A DNA stretch of 64,000 bases from an uncultured bacterium. GTDB taxonomy: Bacteria > Fidelibacterota > Marinisomatia > Marinisomatales > TCS56. Made by a program: the position numbers and the translations under genes. Of the stretch, positions 27,490-37,414 are shown one piece after another. How positions within the stretch are numbered: the stretch's first letter is position 1; every line of letters begins with the position of its first letter. The notes beneath the pieces are model-generated. The model was not told where the DNA came from, ran no database searches, and saw only the letters and a list, made by a program, of their open reading frames with translations. Where the stretch lies: the NCBI GenBank assembly GCA_964539785.1, contig CAZIJQ010000006.1:2484-66483 (forward strand). Direction: 5' to 3'.

Positions 27490-29448
27490 TCATTTTTGCA
27501 GGTCTTCAGGACTAATAATTGAACCATATTTCGCTTTTAATTCCTGTAACCCCTGCTTCCATTCGCCATATACCCGGAACAATTGGGACGGCAGGTTTTC
27601 TTCCTTGCCGTAAGCTTCAGTTTGCATATCAAGTCTATTGAGGATTTTATCAACATAAAATGCGAATTGCATTTCATATAAACTGCGCGGATATTCCTTG
27701 TCGATTTTGCTGAAAAGCGCCTTTAAATCAGCATATTTTGGAATATAACCGATGGGCGTTTCAATGGCTTCAACTTCGCTATGAGCAAATAAGTCTAACC
27801 AGCCCAACCAGACTTTTACATCCCGTTTTTCCCCCAAGAGACCCTTGCCGCTGCTGCCACGGTTCTTATGGGTAAGAAAATAATTTAGTCCCGCCAGAAT
27901 TGGTCGCCCGGCTGTACTTAATTTTTCAGAATTGAAAAATTTAAACTGTGCGTCCATATAGTCAGACAAAGCCCCCGGGATAAATGGTGCATTGGCCCAA
28001 GGTTGACGACGGACTCCGGAGGCTCCGATTTCAGTTGCGGTTGCCTGAGAAACGATGGACGCACCGATGGCAACACCGTTATCCGGATTTTTTGCTGCCC
28101 AGACCGGAGGCATTGTGTCAGCATCGCGTCCAGAGTAGGTAATAATTTTTACCGGTACTCCAGCTGGATCGGCATTGGCGGCTTCATTATGATTCACGAT
28201 TGCTGAACAAAGCAAGGTGCAGCGGGCATTTTTATGGGAAATTGGTATTTCTTTTCCATCAGCATCGCGTTTGCCGATAAACCACTCGCCCTGAAAATTG
28301 ATACCAGCTGCGGGCTGCTCTTCGCCGTTACCTTCCCAATGAGGGACACTTTTATCATCGATCAATACATTTGACCAGATGACTTCTGTTCCATCACCGC
28401 GCAGACAATCCATTAAATACGGATCACCTTCACGGTTAACATCAGCCACAATGCCGAAAATCCCCTTCTCCGGATTAACTGCCCTGACAGTACCATCATT
28501 AGCAATCCACATCTGTGCCAAGTCATCGCCGATAAAATCCGATCCGACCATGGCAGTGGTTGTCTTTCCACATCCTGATGGAGCTGCACCGGCGAAATAG
28601 GTTACCCTGCCGTTAGGTCCGGTCAAGCCGGTAATGAACATGTGTTCACTCAATTCTTTACCCCGACGCAAATAGGTGGCATAGTCCACAGCAAAACGGT
28701 GATTACCCTTTTTCATCAGCAAAGTATTGCCTGCGTAGGTGCAAAAAGTGGAAAACGTTGTTTGCCAACTGCGATCCATGAAAATCCGAGCATTGGGAAC
28801 ATCTTCGACTCGATTTGGACCTTCCGAATGTAGATTTGTAAAAAATACGTTTTTACGCTTTACTTCCCGGTCAAAGTCGCTATAAATATTCCGATAAAGC
28901 AATTCAGCGGAATGAAAAACATATCCTGATGATGATATTTCGATTGCCGGAATAGTAGCTTCCGCACCGGCTGGACCGCGACCGAAAAAACCTACCATCA
29001 TTGTCATACCTTTCATTATACCGCGGATGTATGTTCTGGTATAATCCAGGGCTTCGGATCTTGGAATGGATTGGGCGAGGGCACTGAGTTTTTCGTCTTC
29101 ATTGACGATATAATAAGTTTGCTTTACCAATCGTGCCTGGTCCTGTGGAAGGTCGAAATGAATAGTGTGACCCTCTTTGGCAAGTTGCTTTTCTTCACCC
29201 TTTGCTATTGAATACTCACGAATCCAGTCGATGTCATCCGGACTGCCAGAGTCAATAAAGACAAAATCAGGTTCGCAAATGGCGATCGAATTGGCGATCT
29301 TGATCAAGGCTTCTTCGTTATTTATTAAAGAAAGTTTAGCAAGATTTTCCTGATCGAGATTTTTATTTAATATTGAATTTGCTTGTTCAATGGAATTCAC
29401 GCCGCCTATTTCAGCCAGAATATCCGCTCCCTTTTTTAGTTCCAGCAT
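27490..29448 (-). CDS. pckG: Phosphoenolpyruvate carboxykinase (GTP)
   Basis: YAGN..KK, SEHMFITG, P-loop PSGCGKT, GDDLA, NPEKGIFG, HKNAR. Confidence 0.9.
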   Translation of the reverse strand: MLELKKGADILAEIGGVNSIEQANSILNKNLDQENLAKLSLINNEEALIKIANSIAICEPDFVFIDSGSPDDIDWIREYSIAKGEEKQLAKEGHTIHFDLPQDQARLVKQTYYIVNEDEKLSALAQSIPRSEALDYTRTYIRGIMKGMTMMVGFFGRGPAGAEATIPAIEISSSGYVFHSAELLYRNIYSDFDREVKRKNVFFTNLHSEGPNRVEDVPNARIFMDRSWQTTFSTFCTYAGNTLLMKKGNHRFAVDYATYLRRGKELSEHMFITGLTGPNGRVTYFAGAAPSGCGKTTTAMVGSDFIGDDLAQMWIANDGTVRAVNPEKGIFGIVADVNREGDPYLMDCLRGDGTEVIWSNVLIDDKSVPHWEGNGEEQPAAGINFQGEWFIGKRDADGKEIPISHKNARCTLLCSAIVNHNEAANADPAGVPVKIITYSGRDADTMPPVWAAKNPDNGVAIGASIVSQATATEIGASGVRRQPWANAPFIPGALSDYMDAQFKFFNSEKLSTAGRPILAGLNYFLTHKNRGSSGKGLLGEKRDVKVWLGWLDLFAHSEVEAIETPIGYIPKYADLKALFSKIDKEYPRSLYEMQFAFYVDKILNRLDMQTEAYGKEENLPSQLFRVYGEWKQGLQELKAKYGSIISPEDLQK

Positions 29449-29522
29449 AGTTTACTCCTTAGATATATTATTTTTATGATTTAAAAAATTAGCTTTTTCG
29501 CATTTGATTAGCGAGAGATATT

Positions 29523-29566
29523 AAAAAAAAACCCCCGAACGGTTTATTGTTCCGGGGTTTTTTTTT
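29523..29566 (-). terminator. Bidirectional-type terminator after rpmA
   Basis: A-run CCCCCGAAC...GTTCCGGGG T-run. Confidence 0.8.
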
Positions 29567-29580
29567 AAAAAACAGATTTG

Positions 29581-29835
29581 TCAGTCAGTTAAAACGCTCA
29601 CCGATTTACGATCGCGTCCGCTGCGCATAAATTTTACAATTCCATCAGCAGTCGCAAACAGAGTGTCATCACCGCCCCGCTTTACATTTAAACCGGGAAG
29701 AATGTGTGTTCCACGCTGCCGCATAATAATACCGCCGGCCAGTATGGATTGGCCATCGGTTACCTTGACGCCTAAGCGTTTGGCATTTGAGTCACGACCG
29801 TTTCGGGAGCTTCCAACACCTTTTTTATGTGCCAT
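29581..29835 (-). CDS. rpmA: 50S ribosomal protein L27
   Basis: [24 protein letters not shown]. Confidence 0.99.
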   Translation of the reverse strand: MAHKKGVGSSRNGRDSNAKRLGVKVTDGQSILAGGIIMRQRGTHILPGLNVKRGGDDTLFATADGIVKFMRSGRDRKSVSVLTD

Positions 29836-29836
29836 T

Positions 29837-30223
29837 TTATTCTTTCCCTGTATTTGTAGCTTTTATCGCTTCTGCCGTTTCGGTCTTTGGAGCAGCTTTA
29901 CTTGTGGTTTTTTTAACGCCTACAGTATCGATCTGAATTAGTGTATAATCCTGCCGATGTCCATTTTTGCGCTGATAACCTTTGCGTCTTTTTTTCTTAT
30001 AAACCAATATTTTTCGGTTACGGCCGTGTTCAAGAACTTTAGCCGAAACGCTGGCATTTTTCACAAATGGTTCACCGATATTGATTTTTTTTCCATCATC
30101 AAGTAATAATACCTGATCAAAATTCACCTTATTACCAGCTTCCGCTTCGAGCAGAGCTACTTTTAACCGTTCGTTTTCGGTAACCCGGTATTGGTGTCCA
30201 GAAATATTCACAATTGCGTACAT
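29837..30223 (-). CDS. rplU: 50S ribosomal protein L21
   Basis: MYAIV..GHQYRV and [14 protein letters not shown]; next to rpmA. Confidence 0.99.
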   Translation of the reverse strand: MYAIVNISGHQYRVTENERLKVALLEAEAGNKVNFDQVLLLDDGKKINIGEPFVKNASVSAKVLEHGRNRKILVYKKKRRKGYQRKNGHRQDYTLIQIDTVGVKKTTSKAAPKTETAEAIKATNTGKE

Positions 30224-30250
30224 AATGATCTCCTAAAGCCCGCAAAATTA

Positions 30251-31801
30251 TTAACGGGATTGTTCCTTTTCAAGTCCGATTTGATCAGTAACATCGGAAC
30301 CGGATTTTACTGAAATAAAACGAAAATCATCCATCGGTACCGAATTATCATTTTTTATCTTGATGTGAACCAGATTTTGCCACATCAATCCACGCATTAC
30401 CCGGTGTTTTTGATCTCGTAAGTAATCTGCCATAGTTGTGTGTAAATGCAATTCCAGGCGTAAATCACGATATTTGGCGCGGTAGCGTCTAATCCAGTGG
30501 TCAATACGGGTAAGAACCGCATCCTTGGAAAGAATTCGCCCGGAACCATGACAAACCGGACATTCATCGCTCATTGAATCCAGCAAACTCAAGCGGATGC
30601 GCTGGCGAGTCATCTCAAGCAGTCCGAATTCTGAAATCGGTGAAACGGCAACCTTGGCGCGGTCTTTTCGCAATTCTTTACGAAGTTCGAAATAAATCTT
30701 GCGTTTATTCGCTTCCTCGCGCATATCAATAAAATCAATTACGATCAGTCCTGATAAGTCCCGTAATCTTAGTTGCCGTGCCACCTCACGGGTTGCTTCA
30801 AGGTTGATCTTCAGAGAATTGGCTTCATGCTCTTTTTTACCGATGAATCGTCCGCTATTGACGTCAACTACAACCATCGCTTCAGTTTTTTCAATAATCA
30901 GGTAAGCACCGCTTTTAAGCCAGACCTTGGCACGCATCAGTTTATCGATCTCGGTTTCAATCCCCTTAGCTTCAAACAAAGGTGTTTTGGATTTATGTAG
31001 TTCAAACCGGGAAGCCAGATTGGGGGATACATCTTCGAGGTAATTCTGCAATTTTTTAAATAGCTTGCGGCGATCAATAACAATTTTCCCAATATCCGGG
31101 GTAAAAAGATCGCGCACTACACTGGAGGCTGTCTCCATATCTTCGTAAACCAATGAGGGCGCGTGGTTTTGATTGGCTTTAGTGAGCAATTTATTCCAGT
31201 TGTTAACTAAAGCCTCGTAGTCATTACTTATAAATTCTTCACTTTTACCCTCAGCAACAGTCCTGACAATAATTCCGAAATTATCTTCTTTCAGCCCGGA
31301 CACAATTTTTTTCAGGCGTCTTCTTTCATATTTATCCCAGATTTTTTTGGAAATGCCGATATAATTTGCATTAGGAACCAAAACCAGCAATCTGCCCGGT
31401 AAAGCGGTTTCGGTAGTAACCCGGGGTCCTTTACCGGCAAAAGGTTCCTTTATTACCTGTACAAAGATGTCCTGCCCGGTGGTTAAATCGACTTGGATTC
31501 GATCGCTGTTTTTCCGATTGCGCTTGTTGCTGGGGGAATTATTATACTCTTCCTCCGTATCGGCCAGGAAAGCGTTATTTTCAATTTCTGAAAATGGCAG
31601 AAAGGCATTGATATCATATCCGATATCAACAAAGGCCGCCTGCATTCCGGGGATTACATTTTCAACTTTTCCATAATAAATATTACCCACCATTCGTTGG
31701 TGGTCAGGCTTTTCCACATAAACTTCAACCAACTGATCGTCTTCTAAAATTGCAATCCTGGTCTCGCCAATGCTTTCATTAATAAAAATTTCTTTCTTCA
31801 T
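30251..31801 (-). CDS. rng: Ribonuclease G/E family protein (RNase G-like)
   Basis: GNIYYGKV, GMQAAFVDIG, VDVNSG, QLRLRDLSGLIVIDFIDM, CPVCHGSG; start ATG 31801. Confidence 0.93.
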   Translation of the reverse strand: MKKEIFINESIGETRIAILEDDQLVEVYVEKPDHQRMVGNIYYGKVENVIPGMQAAFVDIGYDINAFLPFSEIENNAFLADTEEEYNNSPSNKRNRKNSDRIQVDLTTGQDIFVQVIKEPFAGKGPRVTTETALPGRLLVLVPNANYIGISKKIWDKYERRRLKKIVSGLKEDNFGIIVRTVAEGKSEEFISNDYEALVNNWNKLLTKANQNHAPSLVYEDMETASSVVRDLFTPDIGKIVIDRRKLFKKLQNYLEDVSPNLASRFELHKSKTPLFEAKGIETEIDKLMRAKVWLKSGAYLIIEKTEAMVVVDVNSGRFIGKKEHEANSLKINLEATREVARQLRLRDLSGLIVIDFIDMREEANKRKIYFELRKELRKDRAKVAVSPISEFGLLEMTRQRIRLSLLDSMSDECPVCHGSGRILSKDAVLTRIDHWIRRYRAKYRDLRLELHLHTTMADYLRDQKHRVMRGLMWQNLVHIKIKNDNSVPMDDFRFISVKSGSDVTDQIGLEKEQSR

Positions 31802-32065
31802 ATTCCTTGTCCCAGTATAATGAATCCGGGTTTTGCAACTCAAATAAGAGAGGAAATGCCAATAATCAGCACACCACTTAACGCTGGTGTAGTTAGTTGG
31901 TTGATGCTACCGCTGAAGCAGGACGATAGTCGGTAATTGTTACCAGCAGTTTGCGATGAAAGCAAGGTGAAGGAAATAAAAAAAATCTTTATCTAAGTAA
32001 AAAATTTTGTTTTTATCGGAAAAAATGCTTCAAAAATCGCCTTCAATCCGTCTTCATCGATACCG

Positions 32066-32094
32066 AAACTAAGGCTTTTCAATAAAACTCCCAA
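32066..32094 (-). promoter_or_regulatory. Putative sigma-70 promoter for rng-rplU-rpmA
   Basis: TTGGGA-N17-TAGTTT on the minus strand, implying a leader of about 255 nt. Confidence 0.4.
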
Positions 32095-32334
32095 GTGCTT
32101 AATAATGAGAGACGGGTTGAGTATTTACAGATAATTAGCGATTCAAGTATCAGATTATTAAGTATTACCGCAGGATTTCGGGATGATTATATGAGTTTAC
32201 AGACACTATTATTTACTATCATTGATTGCTGAATCGCTTGATGTAATTTTGAAATGTGATTCATTGACGTTAATACTAAAGACAAACTGTTTATGTCCTG
32301 ATCGTAATCAATTAATTCAGATGGAACAATCATT

Positions 32335-33120
32335 TTGAAAACCACTTCCCAGGAATTACAACTGGCCAAATCCGCGGCCCATGAAGCGGGCACGCTTATT
32401 ATGAAATATTATAAGTCCGAATATGAAGTTAAGGAAAAAGGTTATCATAATCCGGTTACTACGGCGGATCATGCCGCGGATTCTTTTTTGAAGTCGATTC
32501 TGACTAATGCCTATCCCGAGTATGGCTGGCTATCTGAAGAAACGGTGGATTCTCCGGATCGCTTACGGAAAGAGCGGGTATGGGTTGTTGATCCGCTGGA
32601 TGGCACTAAAGAGTTTATTGAAGGCGTACCGCATTTTGTTGTCAGCATCGCATTAGTGGAAGACCAATTACCAATAATAGGAGTGTTGCTCAATCCGGTT
32701 TCCGGTGATCTTTTTTATGCCGCCAATGGCCTGGGCGCTTATCTGAATGATGAAAGAATCACCTGCAGTACTAAAGAAAATTCCGCCGATATGGTAATTC
32801 TAAACAGTCGATCCGAAACCCGTCGCGGATTATGGGAGCCATTTTTTAACTCATTTCGGGAATTGCGGCCAATTGGCAGCGTGGCCTATAAATTGGGTTT
32901 GACTGCGGCCGGAAAAGCTGATATATTTGCGTCCCTACGTCCGAAAAATGAATGGGATATCTGTGCCGGAAATTGCTTGATCAATGAAGCGGGTGGGAAA
33001 TTGATTGATCTAAATGGAAATCCGGTAACATATAATAATTCAAAGACCTTAATTACACCTGGACTGATTGCCGGTGACCCGGACGCGGTGAATAAAACGT
33101 TTGAAATTCTAAAAAATTAA
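32335..33120 (+). CDS. cysQ: 3'(2'),5'-bisphosphate nucleotidase CysQ / inositol monophosphatase family
   Basis: PVTTAD, LSEE, WVVDPLDGTKEF and EWDICAG. Confidence 0.85.
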   Translation: MKTTSQELQLAKSAAHEAGTLIMKYYKSEYEVKEKGYHNPVTTADHAADSFLKSILTNAYPEYGWLSEETVDSPDRLRKERVWVVDPLDGTKEFIEGVPHFVVSIALVEDQLPIIGVLLNPVSGDLFYAANGLGAYLNDERITCSTKENSADMVILNSRSETRRGLWEPFFNSFRELRPIGSVAYKLGLTAAGKADIFASLRPKNEWDICAGNCLINEAGGKLIDLNGNPVTYNNSKTLITPGLIAGDPDAVNKTFEILKN

Positions 33121-33130
33121 CGAGGAGAAT

Positions 33131-34096
33131 ATGGGTAGTTCAGAAATACCGGCTGGCGCAGTCAAATGTCTGGATAAAGGGTTTATCCGTTTGGTTGATT
33201 CCATGGGCGGCGACGCGGCGATTGTGCAGGCTGCCCGCGTAAGTTATGGCAAGGGTACCACTAAAGTATCCCGAGACCGGGCTTTGATACGCTATCTCAT
33301 GCGGCATCATCATTCGACGCCATTTGAGATGGTGGAATTAAAATTCCATGCCAAGATGCCCATTTTTGTGGCGCGCCAGTGGGTTCGGCATCGCACAGCA
33401 AATATAAATGAATACAGTTTACGATATTCGGAAGCAATGGATGATTTCTACATTCCCCGACCAGAAGATATCCATTTTCAGAGTACGGTCAATAAACAGG
33501 GCCGTGAGATTACCGAAGTTCCACTGGATTTGAGAGAAAAAACAGTAGCTTATTTTAAAGAAATGTCCAGAAACAGCTATGCAATGTATAATGAGTTGAA
33601 TGAAGCGGGAATTGCCCGCGAATTAGCCCGGGCTGTTTTGCCAGTTAATATTTATACGCAGTGGTACTGGAAAAACGATTTGCACAACACTTTCCATTTT
33701 TTGCGGTTGCGCATGGATCAACATGCCCAGTACGAGATTCGGGTTTACGCCGAGGCTATGGCTTCCATGGTGAAAGAAGTTGCGCCCATGGCGTACGAAG
33801 CTTTCGAAGATTACATTTTAAATGGAATGTATTTTTCGCGATTAGATCGGGAAATTTTTTCGCAGAATTTACCTGAGCGGGTAATTGATGATCTACTGGA
33901 AGATGCGATTTACCGGATTGTTGCCGGTTTGAACGCCAACAAACCGCGTGATAAAAACGAACTATACGATTTATATAAAAAGGAAGGCGGCCAGGATTCC
34001 GAAGCTGATTTTGCAATTAAGAGAATAGCAGCGCCGGATACCGCAGGTAATGTTTTTGAAATGCGGGAGTTGAAAGATAAACTGAAAATGATCTAA
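33131..34096 (+). CDS. thyX: FAD-dependent thymidylate synthase
   Basis: AARVSY, HSTPFE, RHRTANINEYSLRY (RHRx7SxR), HAQYEIR. Confidence 0.97.
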   Translation: MGSSEIPAGAVKCLDKGFIRLVDSMGGDAAIVQAARVSYGKGTTKVSRDRALIRYLMRHHHSTPFEMVELKFHAKMPIFVARQWVRHRTANINEYSLRYSEAMDDFYIPRPEDIHFQSTVNKQGREITEVPLDLREKTVAYFKEMSRNSYAMYNELNEAGIARELARAVLPVNIYTQWYWKNDLHNTFHFLRLRMDQHAQYEIRVYAEAMASMVKEVAPMAYEAFEDYILNGMYFSRLDREIFSQNLPERVIDDLLEDAIYRIVAGLNANKPRDKNELYDLYKKEGGQDSEADFAIKRIAAPDTAGNVFEMRELKDKLKMI

Positions 34097-34259
34097 TTTT
34101 TAATAATAATTATCGGGGTGTACCATATAGTTGTCCATAGTAGAATTCTGAAATTTTAATATTATTTAAATTGCCCCATTCAAATAATGATTGAATGATT
34201 TAACCAACCTGCTTATATTTATATTGTTCAATATAACATTAATATTTTGGGAGAGGAAA

Positions 34260-34853
34260 ATGAAGAATATTATAATAGTAAGCATACTATCAGTATTATT
34301 GATTTCGTGTTTAAAGAAAGATATTGGGGAATCCGGTACTGCCAATTCAAAAGCAAAAACATATACCATGGACTCTAAAGTTGTATATCTTGATTTAGTT
34401 GAGATGATAGAGGCCTATGATGTTAAACCGGTAGACCCAAACCAGCTTGTTCATACCAGCGCTGGGGAGGTTACCTTCATTTCAAAAAAAATTGAGGCTC
34501 CCATTGAATTTCATAAGGTAACGTTTGGCTATGACATTAATGAGGGTCAATATCGTGAAGACCATGAACAGTTATTGAAAATTGTTGCAAGATATTCACC
34601 CGATAATGAACATTGGACTCCCTGGTCAGATAATTGTTATGTGCAAGGAGAAGGACGCGGATCACCAGAAACATATATGGTTAGAAAATATTCATCTTCT
34701 CCTGAGCTAAGGGAACAGTTTGGCGGCGCCTTCAAATATTACCAGTTTAAACTGGTTTCCAGCCCTGAGAACCAGGGGAAAATATTACTCAAAAATTTAA
34801 AATTAGTAATTGGAAGGCACCCTACGCTAAAAAAAAAATTGATAAAACGCTAA
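34260..34853 (+). CDS. Hypothetical lipoprotein, copy 1 (N-terminal part of a probable frameshifted fusion)
   Basis: GAGAGG RBS, lipobox LISC, RYSPDNEHWTPW motif; A10 tract 34829-34838 shortly before the stop. Confidence 0.8.
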   Translation: MKNIIIVSILSVLLISCLKKDIGESGTANSKAKTYTMDSKVVYLDLVEMIEAYDVKPVDPNQLVHTSAGEVTFISKKIEAPIEFHKVTFGYDINEGQYREDHEQLLKIVARYSPDNEHWTPWSDNCYVQGEGRGSPETYMVRKYSSSPELREQFGGAFKYYQFKLVSSPENQGKILLKNLKLVIGRHPTLKKKLIKR

Positions 34854-37386
34854 TCTGGCCCCAGGGTTGCATAGAAGCGCCTGATTATGTATCGAGAGAA
34901 AAATGGGGACTAACCGATTCTTTAAGTAATTATAATTTAGAGAAGAGACCGCCGGAGAATAGCCCAAGCTGGAATCCCCCTGATTATCTATATCCTTCCG
35001 TAACTCATGTTTACCTCCATTGTCCGGCTATGATTCCCGAATCTTACGAATGGGATGCTCTAGTTCGCGATATTTGGGAGCAAGGGACTTATCAAAAAAA
35101 TAAAGGACAAGATTACATATATGGGGATATTAGATATGACTGGTTATTTGATCCCGATGGGACAATTTATGAAGGTCGATTAACCAGCAGTAAGGGGATG
35201 TATGACCCAACCTATAATGTAATTAGTGCCCATATTGATGAAGGTAATTCACTGACAATGGGGATTTGCCTGCTCAGCGCCGATGGTGATTTCTCTGTTA
35301 GTGTTATGACTGAAGAACAGGAGGAAGCGCTGGTAACATTTTTAGCCTGGAAATTTGAACAGCAGCAAATAACAGATCCTCGTGTACAATTTAAACTGCA
35401 TGGTACAACTGATCAATTTCGTATAGAAGGTCATAGGAATTGGCCCAATACAAATAAAGAATGTCCTAGCGATCACGTTATGGAGAAGATAGAATCAATT
35501 CGTAATAAGGTTTATAATTTATTATTGCAGGAATGTTTTGAAGATGATGATGGCGATGATGTCCCGGATGTATTAGATAATTGCCCGGGAGTATTTAATC
35601 CTCAGCAAAATGATTGGAACGAAAACGGTATTGGTGATGCTTGCGAGGACAGTGACCTCGACGGTGTGGTTGATAAATATGATGATTGTTTTTCTTCGCC
35701 CCTAGATGGATTTGATGAGGATCAAGATAGTGTTGCTAATGCCTGCGATAATTGTCCAACTGTTTACAACCCAGATCAGGCAGATACAGATGGGGATGGG
35801 ATAGGAGATTTGTGTGATGATGATATCGATGGAGACGGTATACCTAACAATATTGATAATTGCGCACAATACTACAATCCAGACCAAGAAGATTCAAATG
35901 ATGATGGAATTGGCGATTCCTGTACAGAGTTGCCATGTGATGATAGTGAAGCACAAGCTCAAATTCAACAAGTCAACAATTGTTTAGACAATGTCACTGC
36001 GGCATTCAACCAAGACAAAGCTGACATATTAGAATCTCAACAAATATGCATAGATGAAGTAATTGCAAGTTTCCCCTTTGAAGCGCCATACGAAATATCA
36101 CGAGTAAAAAATACTATAACATACTTTACAATCTGGAATAATGTGGGGGCATATAAATTGGGATGTATTGATGAATACGAATATACATTACCATTGAGTC
36201 GCGAACAATGGTTCGAAGTACGCGAATGTGCACTCGATAAAGTAGAACACGAATTGGACGAATCCGGATGGAAGAAAGATATACCTTTTGCAAACGAAGA
36301 AGAATGGTTGACTTATCTAATTGGAAAATGTAATTGCAAAGCAAGTAAGTATTTAGAATTAAGCGACCTTTATATCTCCAGTGGAACATCTGCGTTACGT
36401 TGTTTCACTGCAACAGCAGCCACTTGTGAAAATGAAAAAACCCCGGCTACATATTCAAAAGGCAATTGGTTAGGTCTAATTGCTAAGGGAAACTCATTGA
36501 TTAGATACAGCGAGTCTATAGACTGTTATAGTCAACCCTACTATTATTTTGGACATTAATAATATCTCATCGCTAATTATAACTAGAGTGGAAAAATCTT
36601 ATCGGTATTAGCCAGAAGTATCATTAATTAACAATACCTGGAATAGTTAGATTTGGGCTACATGATGTCATTAAACAAGGCCTAATTTTCGGTTTAAGTT
36701 CATATAAACCGCCTAGTGGAAATGTAGTATACAGAGGTACAGTTGGTAGGTTGTCTGGAATCCAAAGGTGATGTTTTTGCAGTGCAGGAGTTGAATATGA
36801 AAAATATCGTAATAATAATAAGTATTTCATCAATAGTATTATTATCGTGTGTAAAAAAAGATGTTGATGGGAATTCTGCGGATGAATCAAAAATTGAAAG
36901 AAATAAAACTGTCAATTCAGAGTCTAAAATATATACCTCTGCTTCTGAAGTTGTATATCTTGATTTAGTTGAAATGATGGAGACGTATGATGTTAAACCG
37001 GTAGATCCAAATCAGCTTGTTCATACCAGCGCTGGGGAGGTTACATTCATTTCTAAGAAAATTGAGGCGCCCATTGAATTTCATAAGGTAACGTTTGGAT
37101 ATGACATTAATGAGAGCCAATATCGTGAAGACCATGAACAGTCATTGAAATTATTTGTACGATATTCTGCAAACAATGAACTATGGTCTTCTTGGTCAGA
37201 TAATTGTCTTGTGCAAGGGGAAGGACGAGGATCACCAGAAACATATATGGTTAGACAGTATTCTCCTTCTCCTGAGCTAAGGGAACAGTTTGGCGGCGCC
37301 TTCAAATATTATCAGTTTAAGCTGGTTTCCAGCCCTGAGAATCAGGGGGAAATATTACTCGAAGAATTAAAATTGGTGATTGGAAG
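34378..37386 (+). repeat. 439-bp colinear direct repeat (34378-34816 and 36948-37386)
   Basis: Same length, no indels, many differences at synonymous positions. Confidence 0.9.
34838..36559 (+). CDS. N-acetylmuramoyl-L-alanine amidase (PGRP/Amidase_2) with thrombospondin type-3 repeats and Cys-rich C-terminal domain; frame open back to the A10 tract
   Basis: Upstream of ATG 35030 the same frame reads PDYVSREKWG...VTHVYLH. Then DIRYDWLFDPDGTIYEGR, SAH..GN..MGICLL, GHRNW..KECP, followed by DxDGDG..DNCP..NPDQ repeats. Confidence 0.85.
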   Translation: MDKTLIWPQGCIEAPDYVSREKWGLTDSLSNYNLEKRPPENSPSWNPPDYLYPSVTHVYLHCPAMIPESYEWDALVRDIWEQGTYQKNKGQDYIYGDIRYDWLFDPDGTIYEGRLTSSKGMYDPTYNVISAHIDEGNSLTMGICLLSADGDFSVSVMTEEQEEALVTFLAWKFEQQQITDPRVQFKLHGTTDQFRIEGHRNWPNTNKECPSDHVMEKIESIRNKVYNLLLQECFEDDDGDDVPDVLDNCPGVFNPQQNDWNENGIGDACEDSDLDGVVDKYDDCFSSPLDGFDEDQDSVANACDNCPTVYNPDQADTDGDGIGDLCDDDIDGDGIPNNIDNCAQYYNPDQEDSNDDGIGDSCTELPCDDSEAQAQIQQVNNCLDNVTAAFNQDKADILESQQICIDEVIASFPFEAPYEISRVKNTITYFTIWNNVGAYKLGCIDEYEYTLPLSREQWFEVRECALDKVEHELDESGWKKDIPFANEEEWLTYLIGKCNCKASKYLELSDLYISSGTSALRCFTATAATCENEKTPATYSKGNWLGLIAKGNSLIRYSESIDCYSQPYYYFGH

Positions 37387-37414
37387 ATACGGCAGTAAAA
37401 AAACTAAAAAGTAA
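36797..37414 (+). CDS. Hypothetical lipoprotein, copy 2 (stand-alone paralog)
   Basis: AGGAG RBS, lipobox LLSC, core nearly identical to copy 1. Confidence 0.82.
   Translation: MKNIVIIISISSIVLLSCVKKDVDGNSADESKIERNKTVNSESKIYTSASEVVYLDLVEMMETYDVKPVDPNQLVHTSAGEVTFISKKIEAPIEFHKVTFGYDINESQYREDHEQSLKLFVRYSANNELWSSWSDNCLVQGEGRGSPETYMVRQYSPSPELREQFGGAFKYYQFKLVSSPENQGEILLEELKLVIGRYGSKKTKK

Noticed and set aside
34378-37386. Direct repeat as a diversity-generating retroelement TR/VR pair
   Set aside because: Mismatches are not adenine-specific (C/T, T/G and G/C changes occur), both copies are coding with their own starts, and there is no reverse transcriptase in the window.
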